A stretch of DNA of 64,000 nucleotides from Fimbriosthenelais zetlandica (Eukaryota): positions 33,852,001 to 33,916,000 of the forward strand of contig OZ365113.1 of NCBI GenBank assembly GCA_977030845.1. Reading direction: 5' to 3'. Both the position numbers and the translations under genes were made by a program. Positions within the stretch are counted from its first letter, which is position 1. Each line of letters opens with the position of its first letter. Under the pieces are notes generated by a model. That model was not told the DNA's origin and did no database searches. It saw only the letters and a program-made list of their open reading frames with translations. This document shows, one piece after another, positions 12,201 to 24,700 of the stretch.

Positions 12201-14648
12201 CCTTGACAACAAAGTAAACATAAACATTTAATGATTAATGAAGATTCATGCCTTACAACCCTTCCCCATGCCATTAGGCAGAGAGATAGGACTCTAATCA
12301 GCATGCGTAGGATAGATGATACTAAATCTGTGGAGCTAGATAATGCAATAACCGTAATTAATTGTCTTAACAAGTTATTAGCAAAGATATATAATACAAA
12401 AAAACTCGGATCATAGAAGAAATAGCGAGGGAGAGGAAAGAGACAAGGAGAGAAGCAAAGAAAGATCAGAGTCGACTATTGTGGGGAGGGTGAAAAAGAG
12501 GGAGATAGGGAGAGAGAGAGGGAGGGAGAGGGGGAGAGAGGGGAAGGGGAGGGGGAGGCTCAGAAGGGGTGGGTAGGGAGGGTACGGAGGGCGGGAGAGA
12601 GCTATGGAGAGAGGGAGAGAGGAGGCAGAGATGGAGAGAAGAGAGACAAAGAAAGAGACGCACACAAAGACAGAGAGAGAAAGCTTACCTTTAAATACTG
12701 GTTGAATTTTTTCAGAGCGTGGAGATGGCAGACTAGATGTCTGAGGTAGATGAGTAGATCATCTAGCTGTACGGCCTGGACAGAGCCTTTACCTTTAGCC
12801 ATGTACGTCTCACGGGCGATGGCCAGGCGCTTAGACCGGGCGATACAGTCATTGTACTCACTCATTATATGCCTGCTCAAAGCAATCAAATGAAATTAAA
12901 ATAATTAAGTTATAGTTTATCATTAGACAAATAAATATTATGCTTCCAAATTAAATTTTCCCAAGATATTCTACGTATTATAGAATATAGTTATTTTGCA
13001 TCTCTATAGTTCACAATTATCAGACAAGTAAGACAAATTAGATAAGGGTCAGATACGGTCGCTCGGAAATGGGGACCTTGCTTTATTCTTATGCTGTTCA
13101 AATAAGATCATTAGAAAGTCTAAATCATTTTTTTAACAAAATGCACAAATTCTCAGATACATTTAGATAATATAATTTGATAAAAGAGAAAACTAGAGTA
13201 CTGACGCTAGTCGTTTGTTGTAGTGGGGGTAGAGAGCCTCTATGGTGCTTGTATGTTCACAGAAACGCTTCCATCGTAACATGTGCATATGTTTACACTG
13301 AACCAACTGCTGGATACGATCCACAAAGTACTGAAACATAGATATAATATAAGAGATAAAATAAGAGATAACAAAATGATAAAGATTAAGCAGTGAAAGC
13401 AGTAAATATATTGTATCTATTCCCCTGGTTAAATAAGATGATGATTCATATCATTCACTGAAGAGAAATTGATGGATAGATGGATGAATGATAAATTGGA
13501 TGAATGGATAGATGGATAGATGAATGAATGATAAATTGTATGAATGGTTGGATGGATGGATGATAAATTGGATGAATGATACGTGCATTGAAGCATGGAT
13601 GAATGGATGGGCGAACAGATATGGATTGTATAGCTGAGTAAATAAATTGCAGCTATTCCCCTAGTTAAATAAAATGACACATCGAAACGGCAAAAATTTG
13701 TATCCACGGATAGATTAATGGATGGATTGATATTAAAATGGGTGAATAAGTGAATGGATTTAGAGTGAATGGCTGGATGATTGGGTGGATGGATTGGTAG
13801 ATAGATCGATGCATGGATTAGATGGATAGGCGGATAAAATAACGGATAGATGAGTAATTGGATGGATGAATGAAATGGATGAATAGACGTACCTGATGTA
13901 GGAGTAAAGGCAGGCTCTCTGACGTGTACTCAAAGTTAGTCGCGGCCTGGAGTTCCTCCTGCATGACCTCAGCCTGGAGGGTCAGTGGTTGAGCCTCGCA
14001 TACCTTACAGAAATCAACAGTAAATAGTCACATAGATCATCATCGTTACACGCTAGTCTAACCTTCTCTATGTTACATTTTGCGTATCTCGTACCCAATA
14101 TTTGAACCCATTTAGAGATGTTTTATAAATGGACTCACCTCCAGCACTCTCTTCAAACAGAGCTCCCTTTCCTTTTGAAAGTGATTGGCCTCTTTTGGCA
14201 AGGGCACTGAACTGAAAAAAAAAATAGACACACAAAATATTACTTATATATTTCAACTCTAATAATGCCACAAGTTTAATTAAGTCGATTTTCAAAAGGG
14301 CTTGGTGAAGGCATTAGTTGTGACCTGATAGTCCTAGTAATGCCATGTATTAAATATTAGTTGTTACCTGATAGTCCTAGTAATGTCATGTATTAGTTGT
14401 GACCTGATAGTCCTAGTAATGCCATGTATTAGTTGTGACCTGATAGTCCTAGTAATGCCATGTATTAGTTGTTACCTGATAGTCCTAGTAATGCCATGTA
14501 TTAGTTGTTACCTGATAGTCCTAGTAATGCCATGGATCACTTTGTTGTCCTCTATTTCAGCATGGAGCTCCTCCAGTTCTTTCCTCAGTTCAGCTTCTTG
14601 GCTGCGGACCTTGTCAGTGACCCACACTCGATCCGGCAGGTCCTCCAT
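297..14648 (-). CDS. CCDC162: Multi-exon CCDC162/C6orf183-like (DUF4549) protein; 3' part probably continues beyond the window start
   Basis: Phase-consistent GT-AG exons: 14657-14512 (ATG 14648; MEDLPDRVWVTDKVRSQEAELRKELEELHAEIEDNKVIHGITRTI), 14211-14139 (SSVPLPKEANHFQKERELCLKRVLE), 14003-13893 (VCEAQPLTLQAEVMQEELQAATNFEYTSESLPLLLHQ), 13330-13206 (YFVDRIQQLVQCKHMHMLRWKRFCEH), 12872-12689 (HIMSEYNDCIARSKRLAIARETYM...LIYLRHLVCHLH), 12201-12136, 10495-10285, 10033-9921, 9620-9495 and 8485-8291. Further coding blocks lie near 7880-8005, 6030-6128, 5325-5504 and 297-560. The MLRWKRFC, LPLLLHQ and LVCHLH motifs match my recollection of the DUF4549 N-terminus. Downstream exon edges are not all resolved. 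Confidence 0.75.
2290..2590. repeat. Degenerate intronic minisatellite (ATTGCCCTATACTACT-like unit)
   Basis: Repeated attgccctatac / attgccttatac / tactact words. Confidence 0.6.
10508..10624 (+). mobile_element. Tc1/mariner (pogo/Tigger-like) terminus with six 17-bp subterminal tandem repeats
   Basis: TA+CAGTGGAACCTC start, then about six copies of (c/t)CTCAATAAAGCGACCA at 10518-10623. No matching right end was found. Confidence 0.5.
12470..12680. repeat. Purine-rich (GA/GGA) low-complexity tract
   Basis: Nearly pure G/A on the plus strand, directly after exon 12872-12689. Confidence 0.8.
13455..13885. repeat. Degenerate (GGAT/GAAT)n microsatellite
   Basis: Visible gatggat/gaatgaat runs. 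Confidence 0.85.
14313..14534. repeat. 36-bp tandem repeat (6 copies) containing an exon end and splice donor
   Basis: Unit ATTAGTTGT(G/T)ACCTGATAGTCCTAGTAATGCCATGT. The rightmost copy overlaps the end of exon 14657-14512. Confidence 0.9.
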
Positions 14649-16739
14649 CCTCCCAACCTGAAGTTAAAATTCATTTTATCATTTAAAAGTGCGTATTCAA
14701 GAATTTGGTGGGGGACGGGGCAAAATTGGGGGCGAGGCTATGAGCCAGGGTTGTGGGCCAAAGAAATTACTGTTTGAACGTCAAGAATTAATCATAGAAC
14801 TATCTCTATTCTCTGAAGAAATCATCTCCAAAGGGTCCTATCCCCCATATGATCTCCCTCTCCTCGATCCCTATACATGAACTGAATACGAAGTTTTATA
14901 ACTACTTGCACTATCATAGACATTCAGATGAACACATATCAACATAAGCCTACAATTTAACTCATCATAGGTCAGCAACAGTGAGGTTAAATCTATGAAA
15001 TAAATATTGAGAAATCCCCGAAATATTTTCTTTACAACGCAAGCATAAGCACTCAAGACAAACCATTGGGTCTAACAATATTGTACAATAAAATCAGGAG
15101 TATAATTAGAAAGCTTTTTAAAATGTAAATGTATCCACAGGTGCAACTTGCAGAAAACTTGCCTTACTGAGCAAAATTTTCAAAATCAAATTTCTTTACC
15201 TTAAAATAAACTGGAAGACTTGATAAATTGCAAGGTGCTCACAAGTTGACTAGGCTTTATACTATAGCGAGGCAGTAGTACTCTGGCCACATTATAATCT
15301 CTGATTAGGGAACACTTACTTTCACAGTGAACTATTTTACTAGGTCTCCAAATACTTTACCATATAGGAAGGTTTAAGTGAAGTGTACAGGGAAGGGAGG
15401 TTGTTAGTTTTAACTGGATGAAGGAGACTTATTGACATTGGACGACAAGGCTTATAAGGAGCTTATCAACAGTAACCGGCTTACAGAGTACTGGTCTATA
15501 CCAGCAACCAGGGAATGTGTCCACTCCTTCCTCATTCCCATTCCTGATAACGCTGATAGAAATAATGGGGGAGGGGGGAGGGATAGAAAGGGGGAGGGAA
15601 GAGAGTGAGGATGAGATGGGAGAGAGAAGAGGGAAAGAGGTAGGGGGAAAGAACTGTAGACGGGGCAGAGGGTGAGAGAGGGACAGAATCATATATTTTT
15701 AAAAGCCTCTCCATGGTATTTAACTTTCCACTTCATTATTATATTTTATCAGTAGCCTAGACTAGTATACGGTAGGCCTACATGTTTTAACTTATGTAGA
15801 CTATATAGTTTACTAGTACTACTCACGGCTTAAGTTACACTAGCCTAATGGGAGACTTAATTAACATAAGAGGTCACTGCACATAGGTTATAGGATATAC
15901 ACACACGGTTTGTGATTACATTTTAAGCTGAATGCCTAATCCACAAATTAAAACAACGCCACGGGAGCCATTAGCACTCGAGTGTTTGCAGGATTAGGGG
16001 TAGGCCTAGTTGGCCTATTATTTCTCGACACGTTCTATAGAAATGGTACCAAGCTTTATTAAGGCACCGGCTAGCCTATGTTTAAATGGCAGGGTGTTAT
16101 ATAATTGGCTTAATTGGAAAAAAACCTTATTTCTATGTAAAGTTATATGTTAATTTCCGGTATAGATATACCATACCGGTATAGGTCTAGAGCCTTCTTG
16201 AAAGGCAATACACTTTATAAAGGAAGGGTCAAATATAGAATCGAGTCGTCCCCAAATTTATCTGCATGTGCATATAAGATAGACCTGTTTAATAGTGCTG
16301 TAACTAGGATATATTCATGTATTATAAGGGGGTTCAATCAGTTGTGACTTGTGCATTCATTTGTGGCCCGCCCCCATTTAATAATAATACTAACAACCCA
16401 ATCCGAATGCAATCCAACCGAGGTCAGAATTCGACCCCTATTTTTGTCAATATTATTTATTACCCATGTCTTTCAGTTGTTCCTTTCCCATATAAATGTC
16501 CAGGGAGATGATAACAGTAATTTTTGCATAACCCATCGGTCGCACCCGCTATTAAAGTCAGTGTAAATAGTACGGGTCGGCCCCTCATCATGCACCGGGC
16601 CATGACTGGGGGGAAGCCCGGGAGCTACCAAAACACTACCCGCTCTCAACCAACAACAAACATTCACCATATCAAAACACAACAACCAGACATAAGTTGT
16701 CTTCCATATTTCTTCACCGACATAACAAATACATAGAAA

Positions 16740-16920
16740 GGCCACTCACCTAATCTCGACTTTCCTTATTCATGTATTTTAACTCCAGTTGGGTTTAAAC
16801 GTCAACCTGCAAGACCGCGTGGAGGAAAGTTGTTTACACTCCTCTCCAGAGCAACTGCGAAAACGAGGCTGTGCGTGAACAGGTGCTTCCGGTTTGCACA
16901 TTTCCCGCCACAGATTGCTT
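16740..16920. promoter_or_regulatory. Putative CpG-enriched promoter / non-coding first exon of the CCDC162-like gene, possibly bidirectional
   Basis: Minus-strand donor AG|GTGAGT near 16750. Forkhead-like TGTTTAC at 16831-16837, RFX-like half site AGCAAC at 16850-16855, ETS-like CTTCCGG at 16886-16892, E2F-like TTTCCCGCC at 16901-16909. Motif matches only. Confidence 0.4.
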
Positions 16921-19900
16921 CCTGTGCTAGCTTGTTGGGCCACAGAACTGTAGATCTTCCTCCAGTTTTATGGTTGGGCCTAGGTAGATGTATGTATGAT
17001 CATGTATGCATAGGTAGGCTTGCCTACCATAGGCGTCTAGGGCCTAGGCCTAGGCCCACGTGAGCAGGTATTCAGGTCTCGCAATTCCAAATAATTTTAT
17101 CTATGTAGAATAGGGTCTAAATTAAGGCTAACAAGAAATTTGGCTGATGCCAAGGAAAAAAGGTTTCCCCATGTAGGGGCTAGTGAAATGGTTAGGAAAA
17201 ATTATAAATATTTCTGCCGTAGCCGTAGCTAGGCTAGACCTAATAAGTAATATTAGCTAATATCCGGGACGGGGATTTAAGCTAAAAGGCTGATACAAGG
17301 CCTGACGTTAGTTCGCCATTATCTATGTCTGATTAGCCTTATACTTAGGCTATATTTAGGCGAACCAAAGATAACCTACTAGGCCTAACCATATCAATTC
17401 CTATAATATGGCCTAACATGGGCCTAGGCCAGTATAACCAGCCTACAGTGTAAGATAGGCCTACCATGAAGTATTGACTAGGCCTATAGGCCTATTAGGC
17501 CTATATAGCTATAGTCAGTTCGTGATTGCATTTGATTGCAAAAAAAAAATTATATTTAGGCATAGATATAGAGCTATATATAGTATAGTAGGCCTATGGT
17601 ATAAGCTAGGCCTATAATACTATTAGGCTTAACTAGCCTTATTAGGCCTATTATATGGGACGATAGCATTGTTTCTATGATCACCTCTCCATGGTGAGTA
17701 ACATGGCTTAGTAACGCTTAGTAACTTGAGATGACGTTGCGTCATCATACCTGGTACGTCATTGCCTCTCTCAGTTAAAAATGCCAAAATACAATCTGAG
17801 GCTACCTTAGAACCCCCGATACTGATAGAATGCAATTAGTCAAGACCTAAGCAGCAAAGGTTGCTACTTTTGAATTCATAAAACGTACTTTTGGAGTAAC
17901 ATTGTTGACTTACAGTGAGTCTTAGTTCTTACTTGTCCGACAAGCACCGTCCATGTCCATGAGTCTGATGAGACATGAGAAGTTTGTCATGAGCGGTGAC
18001 AGTGTCATTGATCCACAAGTCCTTGTAAACTATGATATATCAGCAGGAATAAATCCTAATACCAAATCCTAATACAATCTAGGTTATATTAATTAGTCCG
18101 AACATGGTCTGATCCACACTTGAACTGTCACTTGTTCCCTGCAGCAGGAGCCTGAGGAGGCTGGTTGGGACTGGAGGAGGGTGTGGATCTAGGCCTACTT
18201 TCGGAAAGTAGGACATAGAGATAAAATAGTTCCCAGAAGATTTGTATCTACAGTTTGCCTACTGTCTGATAAAAATAAGTTATCCTGTATTAAATCTATT
18301 TCTAGATATCTTTCAACAATTTGAGGGGATATCCTAGATATAGAAATTAACTCGAAGTTGACCTGCTCCAGTCTGCCAGTCATATCATTTTCAGGTCAAA
18401 AAACATTACCGTAAATTCGGGTAAAATGTGCAATTATAAAATAAGTTCTGATGTTTGAATAGGCTACAACAAATTCACATGGAATGAATTGCGCTGGGAA
18501 AGAATTATAAGATTAGGTCTAAATTGTTGGCCTAGGCTAGATATTCATTTACACTTTACAGGTCACTTTCAAGTCAAAAACAAACAGTAGGCCTGGCCTG
18601 TCCTATAGGCTCTAGGCCTAGGCCTACGGCTACATCCTCCAAGCTTTTCTATTAGGCTTAGATCTACCGCTAGGCCTAGATGATATGAATTATAAATCCT
18701 AGACCGTATGGAGCTTTTCGTTATGAATAGCCTGTACACAATATTTTGGAACGGCAGCGTTTTACGCGGTTTACGGTACCGGGTAACGCCCGTTTTTTTA
18801 GGCCGGGGAACCCAGGGAAGATGTCGAAGAGCTGCTTAGCATGGTTGACTGCATTTAACATCAATGGATTACCTCTATAGGACTCGAGGACTTATATTGT
18901 TTTATCAGACATTTCTTCATGACTTGTGCCAGATGTTAGTAGATAGCGGGTATTATTGGAGAGGCCAAACATTCAAGGACAGTTTCGGAAAGTTCAAACT
19001 GGGTCAATTTTCCTGACCCATGTTTCAAAATGACACCGACACAGTGACAGCAAATCACTCAGGACTTACTAGAGATCTAGATGCCTAAATCTAGACTATT
19101 TCCAACACTTTGGAGTCAAAATGGAGAACATAGATTAGATGTTCATGGAATTAATCGTTTGCTGGATTATAGGGCAATAGGTTTCAAAGTGGAGAAACTT
19201 TAGCTGATGTACGTAGGCCTACCGAACTACACTCTACACAGACTAGGCCTACAGTACAGAGATCGACTGGTGCTGACAAGGATCAGTTTTGGATTCAGAA
19301 TGGGATTTAGTAATTTATTCACATGAGAATTCATTGGATTTCCACGTAATGGATCGTTTGCTGGATTGTACCTAAATATGACAATAAGTTTCAAAGTCAA
19401 GGAGAGGCCTGTACGGTACTGTCACTGACACACTCACATAACACGGACACTCTCACTCAGACTCTCAGTGTCAGTGATGTCCAGTTCTCGGAATAATGCA
19501 GGTAAGTCAGACTTTAATATCGATGTCACTGTTTAAGTACCAAAGGTTCGATTTAAATGTGGCAGTGCAAGATTTTCCGATCACGACAGCAATAGTATTC
19601 AATGGGAGAAGGAATAATATTGTGCTTTCATGTTTCTTTACAGCGGGAGCCGGGGGCGGGAACGTAAGGATATGAAAGTGGCTGACTCACTGACGGGATC
19701 TATTTCCGACGTGTTGATGTCGCAGTGTTGTTATGCAGCATAGCAACCAGCATAAATAACATTTTATTTAAAGTGAAATATCACCTGAATGTGGTCTTAG
19801 ACAAGGACAAACTCATTGGTGGGCTAAAATTTCACTTTAGTAAATTAACTTTGGAGCTAGGAATGAACGTGGAAGGATATCTTGTTAACTTCATGTGGTG

Positions 19901-21581
19901 CCGAGGTCACTTACGGCAGAAATCTATATAGTTCCCACACATTTGCACATCAAACTCATTTAATGTTCAAAGAATGATTAAATATGGATGATATATGTGT
20001 AAACCTATTCCAGAAAATTTAATAAAATGACATTTAAGTATGTGAAAGTGCCTAGTTCTGAGATAGACCCAGCAACAAATTCCAAGATGGCAGCCACAGC
20101 GGCGGCCATCTTGGTAAAGTAAAATCTATATAGGTTGTCCCCACGTTTGATGCCGCCAGGGCGGCCTACGGCCGCGGGGAAACCTAAAAAAGGATCGACA
20201 CAAACTTTAAACGTTACAATATTTGTATATCATCCTTATTTCAATACCAGAATACTAAATAGGAGTCAAAATGTTACAGGGCGTGGCAAATTTTATCGCA
20301 GGCCGATTTCATATCGCAAACTGGGGGGGTTAGGTCTTGCACAAAGGTTGACGTCATCACCCACAATCCTTTGCGCTCCGATGTAAACATAAGCACGTGT
20401 GAGTGTGCAGGCAGGTCTGTGCAGGCAGATTGTCTCACCGCCAAAAGATGAAATTAAGTAGCAAAAACAATTTATGGTCCATAATACCGCATTAGGATGT
20501 TGCTAAAATGTGTAGATACTTCACCAACTCAACGCCAACCCTGTAAGTAGGAGGAATTTAAAGAAAATGACAAAAATCGGGGGACGCCTAGTGGACGATA
20601 ATAGGGTGGAATGAGCCGGTATTTCATGTTTAAATGGCCGTGAAATTTCACTGGATTGCGACATGTTTCTGAAACTTGGGTAAATCATAAAGGGGAACAA
20701 CCTTATTATGTGTGATAAATATCATGAAGATGTCGCATTTAGTGTGGTGACAGTCACTGTTTAAATGACATGATAGGCGGGTGGGCCCACCCCAAGAGCC
20801 TGAAGGCTGAAGTGAAGGCTGGTGTCAACATTCGACCGGTAAAATGGAAGATTTGAATGTATACGTTACTTCCCTTTTGAGAAAATGTGAGTATACTATC
20901 TACGTCTATGGTCCAATGGTTAAGATATTAGCTCCACCGTGTCAAGCGCGTCTCCTCGAGTCATATACTAGGAACTAGGATCCAAATTGTACATGTAACC
21001 AGTGACCTTTGCTCAAGACTGTTCTTCCCCCTCACTTTGTCTGCATATTTCCCTATCCCTGTTCATTTCTTTAATGGCTAAATTCATAATTCGAAGCGTT
21101 TTGCGCAATATTGTGCCTTTGTGCCTAGCCTACTGGGCGCCCCTTGCGCCACCTAGACAGTAGGCGGGAACCAAGCTAATCGCAATCCCTGGTAATTCAG
21201 GTGCGAATCAAGATATTTTTTATTGGTCTCAGAAATCATTTCAGTATAAGCCAATAATTTTTGTAGCATATTTTAATAATCAATCCAGCACACATACAAG
21301 CAATAGGCAGGGTATATCACATACTTTGATTCAGATCACAATTAACTAGCCTAATTAGGCTAAGGTAGCAATTTGGGTAGCAATTTAGGCCTAAACCTAT
21401 AGTCATAGGTTTATAAATATAAACCATAGCATTCAATGCAGATTCACATTTCAATATAAAATATAGATTTTGTGTTTTAAAAACACGCGTCACAAAAATA
21501 CAATTGTTAATAGGCCTACAGAAAGTAGGCCTAGCTATCGTCTTTGGGTCAACCCAAGTCTCAAAAGGCAAGATTTGAATT

Positions 21582-21739
21582 TCAAGTTTTGTCAGCACTT
21601 TTTTGGTTTTCCATCTCCGTCTCTTCGGTCACTTGGGAACGCTTCCACTTGTAGAATTTATACAAAACCAGATCGAAAAATTCAAATAATGAGATGACAC
21701 TTCCTCCGAGTAGCAGGCCCAGGTATCCCCCAACATCAC
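21582..21739 (-). CDS. DEG/ENaC last exon: TM2, GGS selectivity filter, short tail, TGA stop
   Basis: SDVGGYLGLLLGGSVISLFEFFDLVLYKFYKWKRSQVTEETEMENQKSADKT*. Confidence 0.92.
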
Positions 21740-24700
21740 CTAGAAAATAAAAATAACACTAAAATGGGGTTAAAAAAGGTTTCGTTATAAATCCCCTCCC
21801 AACAATGCATTTTACATAGAAGTTGTTAAAAAAATATAGGTTCCTTTTAATACTACAAATATGTTTTAATACTCACTTAAAAAGAGATCTATCGTGTATG
21901 TACGGATTTGTTTCACGTCTTGGTATTTTAGTTGAGCGAAATAGATGTCCACAGCAATAAAGTTCTTCCTGAATGAGGGGAAATATATTCAGAACTGTAT
22001 ACATTTATTTTAACTTCTAAGTTTTAAAAATTTGATTTGAAAATCCAAGGAAGAAAACTTACTTAAAGAATTCATCATCTAGACGGGTCTGTTGTATGTA
22101 TTTTTTATACTGATCTCCAGCTCTGGATAATAAACCTTTGATGTGGGCCCTTTTCCTCATCAAAGCTTGTGTGAGTTCAGATACAGCCTGATGGATTGGC
22201 TTATTGTGCCACACCACCAACTCCTCCAGAACCCTCGATGGGTTAGAAGCCAAAAACTGCTTCACTGATCCCATTGGAAACTTGTCCTCATCAAATATAA
22301 CAATTTCTGGTATCTCCACATTGGCCTTTGGGTAGTAAAATATCTTGAGTGATTTAAATGTGGAAGACTTATAATTGTTACCAAGGAAAAACGCGAGTTT
22401 GATTTCGACGTTTGCTAATGTTAAATATGTGTCCTCAGCTAGAGTTTGTAGCTGGATCAAGTGTTGCTTTATTGGATCAACAAAACTTGATGTAATGCTA
22501 GACACGAAGTAATCCACCTCCTCCAATGTTTTTGTTTGTTCTTCAAGACTGAGGAAATTGTTAAGGTCTTCCCATGTTAGGTACGCTGTGCGGAAGCTCT
22601 TTAAGTTTTTGGCAACTTTCTCTTGAAAATTCATCAGTGGTAGAGATGTATCGTAATAGTCCAATATGTTGTCAATGCTACCTTTTTTGTTAAAGGACAT
22701 TAACATTGTATTTACTCTTAGGATTGCATCTGCAAAGTTTTGCTTCCAAGATGCAATCGTCTCAAGTAAATTTGTATATTCCTCAGTGCATGGTAGGAAC
22801 TGTCTTGTTGTCATTTCCAAACGAATTATGTTGGTGACAAATTCTTGATTTGTTTTAAATTCCACACTGTCAAACTGTTGCTGGATTATGTCAAATCCAT
22901 GTCTAAGATTTAACAAACGTCCCTCACATTCATTACTAAACAGTTTCTGTGGTAGAAGCAGATGCATATCAGACCCTTCATCCACACCACTCATGATGGC
23001 AGCAATGGTATGGTTCAAATGAAAATATCCCTCTTTCAAAGCTAGAATTTGATTTCGAAGTAAAATTTCTTCCATCGTGCTGTTTGCACTTGGTTGTGGC
23101 ATAGTTGATAGTTGGTGCAATAGTCTGAGGCTAATGAGGAATCCCTGCAGCATTCCCTTTAGACTCCTGATGTTCAATCCATAAAAATAGTCAAAGGCAT
23201 TGTATAGATCTTCCACTTTCCATAATAACGTGTTGGATAAATCAGCAGAGAGTACATGATCAAGAAAACTTTGCATGACGAGGTGCATTCTCATGATTTG
23301 TGAACCTACTGGAGACCAAATCCTATTTCTTGTGAAAGCGAGGATGTCTTTGTATGCAACGTCCAGAGCTGAAAGTTTGTCCAAATCTTCCAGGAATGTG
23401 TCGGAATTGCTTCTGTAGTTGGTTTCTTGTATATCCAAGTATTTCGTTAGCAGGTGATCCAGGTTACCCTGGACAAGTTGACCAATGTTTAAGCTGGATA
23501 TGGCCCCATATGACAGCTGGCTTTCATATACCTTTCGGAAACAGGGTTCGATGCAGCCACAGTCAGAAAAAGATATGTCTGCAAAACCTGAAAGGATCCA
23601 AGACACTATTTTAGAACAACAAAAAGGTATGGTGGCATCTTTGCTCCTATCATATAGAAAAGTCATTGGTTGACTGAAGGCCGATATGACTTACCGGTCC
23701 TTTCAATAGTCAAGGCACAGTTGAGGTACTTGGACACATTACATATTGGCGGATTAACTGAAATGTCCAGAAAGATTGACTTTGACATCATTGAAATTAA
23801 AAATAATCATTATTAATGGAACATCACTGCAATACATTAAAATGTATTGGAGGACGAGGCAAATAGATCCAACACTCACCAGCACTGCAATACATTGTCT
23901 GCTTATACAGCAGGTCTTATTTGAAAGAAAAAATGTTTTAAATAATTTAAATTTCATTGATCTTTTGAACGCTTACATTCGTTGAAGCCAGGCATGTAAC
24001 TGTCCCTACAGCCACACATTTGAAGCATAGCCTGGGTCTCACACTCTCTGACACAGGAAGAAAACGTATAGGTATTGGTATAGTTGAGTGTTGCTGTACC
24101 ACAGGATCCCCAGGGTGGTCCTAGACTCTCCGTCTGTTAAAATATGGAGGTTAAAGAACTAAAATAAACTTACATTCCCTGTATGTATGCTACAAAAAGG
24201 CAGGAATAACATGGGTAGGTCAGTCAATGCATTCAATAAACACGAGTTTATAATTGCATTACTCCAGAAAAGAAATAAGATAATTTCTCATAATTGCACT
24301 GTTAACTTAAAAAAATAACCAGAAAACTATGTATAGAGACAGATCAGAGATTGTGCCATGGTTTGTATTCACCTGGGTCAGCTTAACTGCCACCAGGGCG
24401 TGACTTCCTGGACCGACAGAAAAGCCCAGGTCTCGGACAAAAGGCACCTCCTGCTGATCGTGCAGGAATATCTGCAAGAAAAAGTCTTTGCGTATTAGAT
24501 GAACATTAAATATGGATATTCAATATAATGTATGGACTCCATTCCCAGTATATTCACAAACGACATATTTATGACACAACAGCAGCGGATCCAGTATTTT
24601 GGAAAGTGGTGCACTGTCCAGAACTGAAGGCAATTACTTTAAGGTCTTACTTTAATTATAGGTAGCCAAAATGACCAAAGGACCTGCAGGGATATTTTAC

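Noticed and set aside
14313-14534. 36-bp repeat as a CRISPR array
   Set aside because: Copies are head-to-tail with no unique spacers, the context is eukaryotic, and there are no cas genes.
23579-23666. Met at 23666 as the start of a standalone 535-aa protein
   Set aside because: The 5' part is intronic (polypyrimidine tract and acceptor). The ORF is an internal channel exon ending at a GTAAG donor.
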